Source: Acidimicrobiia bacterium (lineage in GTDB: Bacteria > Actinomycetota > Acidimicrobiia > Spongiisociales > ZC4RG35). From it: a DNA stretch of 64,000 nucleotides. The notes beneath the pieces are model-generated. The model had not been told where the DNA came from and ran no database searches. It saw only the letters and a list, made by a program, of their open reading frames with translations. This document shows positions 60,509 to 64,000 of this stretch, piece by piece; positions within the stretch are counted from its first letter, which is position 1; each line of letters starts with the position of its first letter. The stretch covers positions 896,001 to 960,000 of the forward strand of contig OZ244034.1 of NCBI GenBank assembly GCA_965215185.1, written 5' to 3'. Position numbers and translations under genes: made by a program.

Positions 60509-61588
60509 TCAAAGGGGAGTGAGAAGAGTCTCCAATGCTGCGCACAGGCGTTCGGTGTCATCCTGATCCACTCCGAGGTGGGTCACTATTCGTATCCGCC
60601 TCTCGCCGAAGGCGCCAACTGCGAAACCCCGGGAGAGCAACTCGGCGACCAGTTCGGCTGCAGTCGGGCCCTGTGGCGAAATGGTGAAGATCACGATGTT
60701 GGTGTCTGTGGGCAGAACGGCATCCACCCACTCCAGGCCTTCCAGGAATGATGCGATCTGAGAGGCGTGGCGATGATCGTCTGCCAGTCGCTCCACGTTG
60801 TGGTCGAGGGCATACAGGCAAAGGGCCGCCATGAATCCGGACTGTCGCAATCCCCCCCCGATGAGTTGTCTAAGGCGCCAGGCGCGCTGGATGAATTGCT
60901 CGGACCCGGCAAGTGCGGCCCCAAAGGGACTGCCGAGGCCTTTGGAGAAACAGAGCGTGACGGAGTCATAGCCCTCTGAGTAGTCCTTGGCTGATATCCC
61001 GGTCTTGACCACCGCGTTCATCAGCCGAGCTCCATCCAGGTGAGTCGCAACTGCGGCCTCGGCGGCTACTGCGGCCACTTCCCTCATTTGTTGCAGGGGC
61101 CAGACTGCGCCACCTCCCATGTTGGCGGTCTGCTCCACAGCCACCATGGCGCTTTCGGGGAGGTACAGGTTGCCTTTGGGTCGGAGAGCGGCAGCAACCT
61201 GCTCGGGGCCGAACATGCCGTTGGCGCCGTCCACCATATAGGTCTGCACTCCCGCCAGCAGCGCCGGGCCGCCGGCTTCGAAGGTGACTATGTGTGAGGA
61301 CCTTTCGCAAATGATTTCGTCGCCCGGCCGGCAATGCACCGCCACGGCGATCTCGTTGGCCATGGTTGCCGAGGGCATGAATAGGGCGTCTTCTTTGCCG
61401 AGCAGTTCGGCTACCCGGTTAAGGAGTTCGGTGGTGGTCGGGTCTTCACCCTTTTGCTCATCGCCGAGGGGCGCGTCCAGCGCTGCTTCCCGCATCTGGC
61501 GGGGAGGTATCGACTTGCCGTCACTGTAGAAATCGGCGGTGCCGGCGGGCAATGGGGTTGCCTTCGTTCCTCCGTAAGTGCCGACCAC
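60509..61588 (-). CDS. ltaE: Low-specificity L-threonine aldolase family, paralog 2
   Basis: Aligns end to end with paralog 1 (CFSKGLG). GTG 61588 corresponds to the paralog-1 start. Confidence 0.92.
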   Translation of the reverse strand: MVGTYGGTKATPLPAGTADFYSDGKSIPPRQMREAALDAPLGDEQKGEDPTTTELLNRVAELLGKEDALFMPSATMANEIAVAVHCRPGDEIICERSSHIVTFEAGGPALLAGVQTYMVDGANGMFGPEQVAAALRPKGNLYLPESAMVAVEQTANMGGGAVWPLQQMREVAAVAAEAAVATHLDGARLMNAVVKTGISAKDYSEGYDSVTLCFSKGLGSPFGAALAGSEQFIQRAWRLRQLIGGGLRQSGFMAALCLYALDHNVERLADDHRHASQIASFLEGLEWVDAVLPTDTNIVIFTISPQGPTAAELVAELLSRGFAVGAFGERRIRIVTHLGVDQDDTERLCAALETLLTPL

Positions 61589-61867
61589 TTCTTGCCCGCC
61601 TTTCTCTGATAGGAGTCGTAACGGTTTATCTTGCAATAGGATCATACGGCCATTCCATGGTCGAGGTCCACACCCAAGTCGCTTATCGGGAAACCCTTGA
61701 CCCCCAAAGAGGGCAACCCGCACCAAATTCATGCTCCGACCCGTTCGCTGGTTCGCTGCCACCGATGCCGAATCGACGCATCAACAGGCTGGTAACCGGC
61801 CTCTTGGCGCGTCTGAATGGCACGCTTTTGGACCGTCGGCGCCTGAAGTCAAGCTCTCCACGGTCCC

Positions 61868-63226
61868 CTAGACAATCGGCCACCGTGATGGGAACCCGAC
61901 ACCAGTAACTCTTCGTATTCGTTTGCCGATCTCCTCGACCTGTTGTATCAGCCCCCACAGGTCATCCACGAACCGGGGTTTGCCCGCCTCCACCACCACC
62001 CTGCCTTCGACAATCACCGTATCCACTGATTCGCCGGTGCTCGAGTACACAAGATTTCGGACTGGATCTATTAAAGAACGCCACTCGGCGCGGCGGGTGT
62101 CGAAGAGAACCAAATCGCCCCTTCTTCCCACCTCTATGACGCCCAGCGAATTGCCAACCTGCAACGCAGCGGCGCCGGTTCGGGTCGCCAACTCGAGTGC
62201 TGTCTCCGCCGGGATAAGGCTCCTATCTCCCCGAACATCTTTGTAAACGGTTGCCGCCAGGTTCATACAACGCACCATGTCCGAGAAGTTGGAGCTGTTG
62301 ACGGAGTCTGTTCCCAGGGACACTGGTATACCGGCGTTCAATAACTCAGGAAGCCGTCCGCCTCTACCAGTGTTGCCTCCGGCCTTCATCACTGTGCTGG
62401 GACAAATCACCACCGCCGCGCCGGATCCGGCGATGATTTCTATTTCCCTATCGGTCAGGTCCATGCAATGAGAGAGCACCACGTTGGGACCGAGAATCCC
62501 CAGCTCCGCCAGTCGTTGGGTTGGCGCTGATCCCGGTGCTCGGGCGCCACCCGAGTGATGGAGTGTCATTGCGGTTCCGTAGTGGTCGGCGATCCTCTTG
62601 GCGCCGATCAGAAGCTCCGGGCTACAGAAGTCAAGCGAAAATGGCATGGCCCAGGCCCGCACCCGTCCCGAAAGACAACCGTCCAGTCCCGTGATAGAAG
62701 CCTCCAAACGTTTTAGCGCATCGGTGGTGTCATAGACCGCAAGATTCAACCCGTTCTCCAGATCCTGGACCTGCGCACCGATTACTACCCGGCATCCGGC
62801 TTCGTCGTAAGCAGCCAGGCACGCCTCCGGGTATTTGGTCGTGCCCGGATCCACGAAGGTCGTGGTACCCGTCCGAAGCAATTCCGCCAGACCGAGCAAG
62901 GTGGTCAGATATTCCTCCTCCTCGGTCATGACCGATTGCATGGCAAATACGTGTTGTAATCGGTTGGGAACGTCGTCGGGAAAGATGCCACGGACCGAAT
63001 GGGCGTAGCTGATGTGCATATGACCATTGACGAACCCGGGCGTCACAACCATGCCGGTGGCGTCGATTATCCGATCCGCCTCAATGTGGCGGAGATCGTC
63101 GGCTTTGCCAACGTGGGTTATCTGTCCAGCCCGCACCACAACCGAGCCGTCTTGGATAATCCTTCTTGTGTCATCGACCGTTATGAGGTATTGAGCTTTG
63201 TCGATCTTGATACTCGGGTTAGTCAC
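61868..63226 (-). CDS. Metal-dependent amidohydrolase (SsnA / MTA-SAH deaminase-like)
   Basis: PGFVNGHMH, GTTTFVD, SHC, LGTDS, GVIEVGRRGDLV, VDTVIVEG. Confidence 0.9.
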   Translation of the reverse strand: MTNPSIKIDKAQYLITVDDTRRIIQDGSVVVRAGQITHVGKADDLRHIEADRIIDATGMVVTPGFVNGHMHISYAHSVRGIFPDDVPNRLQHVFAMQSVMTEEEEYLTTLLGLAELLRTGTTTFVDPGTTKYPEACLAAYDEAGCRVVIGAQVQDLENGLNLAVYDTTDALKRLEASITGLDGCLSGRVRAWAMPFSLDFCSPELLIGAKRIADHYGTAMTLHHSGGARAPGSAPTQRLAELGILGPNVVLSHCMDLTDREIEIIAGSGAAVVICPSTVMKAGGNTGRGGRLPELLNAGIPVSLGTDSVNSSNFSDMVRCMNLAATVYKDVRGDRSLIPAETALELATRTGAAALQVGNSLGVIEVGRRGDLVLFDTRRAEWRSLIDPVRNLVYSSTGESVDTVIVEGRVVVEAGKPRFVDDLWGLIQQVEEIGKRIRRVTGVGFPSRWPIV

Positions 63227-63328
63227 CTTGGGCTCCTATCACTCTGGGCCGACAACCTATCTGAAGCCCAATGTGTGTTGGCGCCGGATGGATACGGCCC
63301 GCCATCAGTGTGTCGCCGTATCTCTTTT

Positions 63329-64000
63329 CTATGAGGTACTGGCTCCTTTCTTGGCCAACTCGCCAGTGTCCACCAGGTCTTGCGTCGCCAGATACTCGGG
63401 ATCCTCATAGCGGCTGAGAAGAAACGCCTTCGCAGACTCAGGGAGGTCGCTTCCGGTCAAATGGCAGCCAACGAGTTCGGCGGCGCCTGTGCAAATCATC
63501 ACCCCGTATCCCGACATCCCGGTCATGAGATAGAACCCCTCAGGGCCCGCCGGCCCGATCAGAGGGAGGTTCTCCGGAGTCTTCATGACGTACCCGCCAT
63601 CGACAACCGAGTAGGGCAGATGATCGCGGTACCGGGTCAGAGACGGCACCATGGTGGCCATTCCGCGCATGACCGCCTCGGGGAACATGAAGTCTGCTTC
63701 AGGCGCCGGCCAGGTTGGTCGATCTCGAACAACGGGCCGGTAGTTGCAGAGAGCTTCGAAAAACGGTGAATCGATGCCGCCTTCGGGCCGACCGAAGACC
63801 GGGGTCGTTATCTCACCCAGCAACTCATCGAACCCTTCCGCGGCCAGAGCGGATCTCTCTTCTTCGCTCCAGTCGATAGTTATAGGGTCGGTCCACAAGA
63901 GCATGGGAGCATCACGGGGAAACGCTCCTAGGTGATCTCTGAACGACACTTTGTGGTGAAGCGATGCGTGCATGGGTAGTTCAACTCCTACCAACCCCGC
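63329..64000 (-). CDS. FAD-dependent oxidoreductase (DAO/sarcosine oxidase-like), C-terminal part; start outside window
   Basis: DGGY..KTPENLPLIGP..GMSGYGVM...AAEL. Confidence 0.8.
   Translation of the reverse strand, partial: AGLVGVELPMHASLHHKVSFRDHLGAFPRDAPMLLWTDPITIDWSEEERSALAAEGFDELLGEITTPVFGRPEGGIDSPFFEALCNYRPVVRDRPTWPAPEADFMFPEAVMRGMATMVPSLTRYRDHLPYSVVDGGYVMKTPENLPLIGPAGPEGFYLMTGMSGYGVMICTGAAELVGCHLTGSDLPESAKAFLLSRYEDPEYLATQDLVDTGELAKKGASTS

Noticed and set aside
61589-61762. N-terminal extension on the second threonine aldolase
   Set aside because: Absent from paralog 1; the start was reassigned to GTG 61588.

Overview
High-GC, actinobacterial-type DNA. The density of SLH, cadherin, FN3, Calx-beta, RCC1, LRR and PD40 surface proteins resembles sponge-associated Acidimicrobiia (inference). 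Positions ~1-51.3 kb form a mosaic accessory region. It holds four co-oriented copies or remnants of one P4-like (arm-domain) tyrosine integrase (one intact), six large modular secreted proteins (three share a near-identical C-terminal SLH cassette), a fused sensor kinase-response regulator, many IS3/IS30/IS110/ISL3 scars, and a 3' tRNA fragment at ~51.3 kb. To the right lie core-like genes: YihY, katG, two threonine aldolase paralogs flanking three unknown ORFs, an amidohydrolase and a FAD oxidoreductase. The most notable signal is a family of five 29-bp dyad sites (11-bp arms, 7-bp spacer). They sit at gene breakpoints, next to integrase att-like ends and upstream of surface-protein genes, and share flanks in swapped combinations. 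This suggests a site-specific recombination system that shuffles surface-protein cassettes. All alignments were done by eye; nothing was searched against databases.
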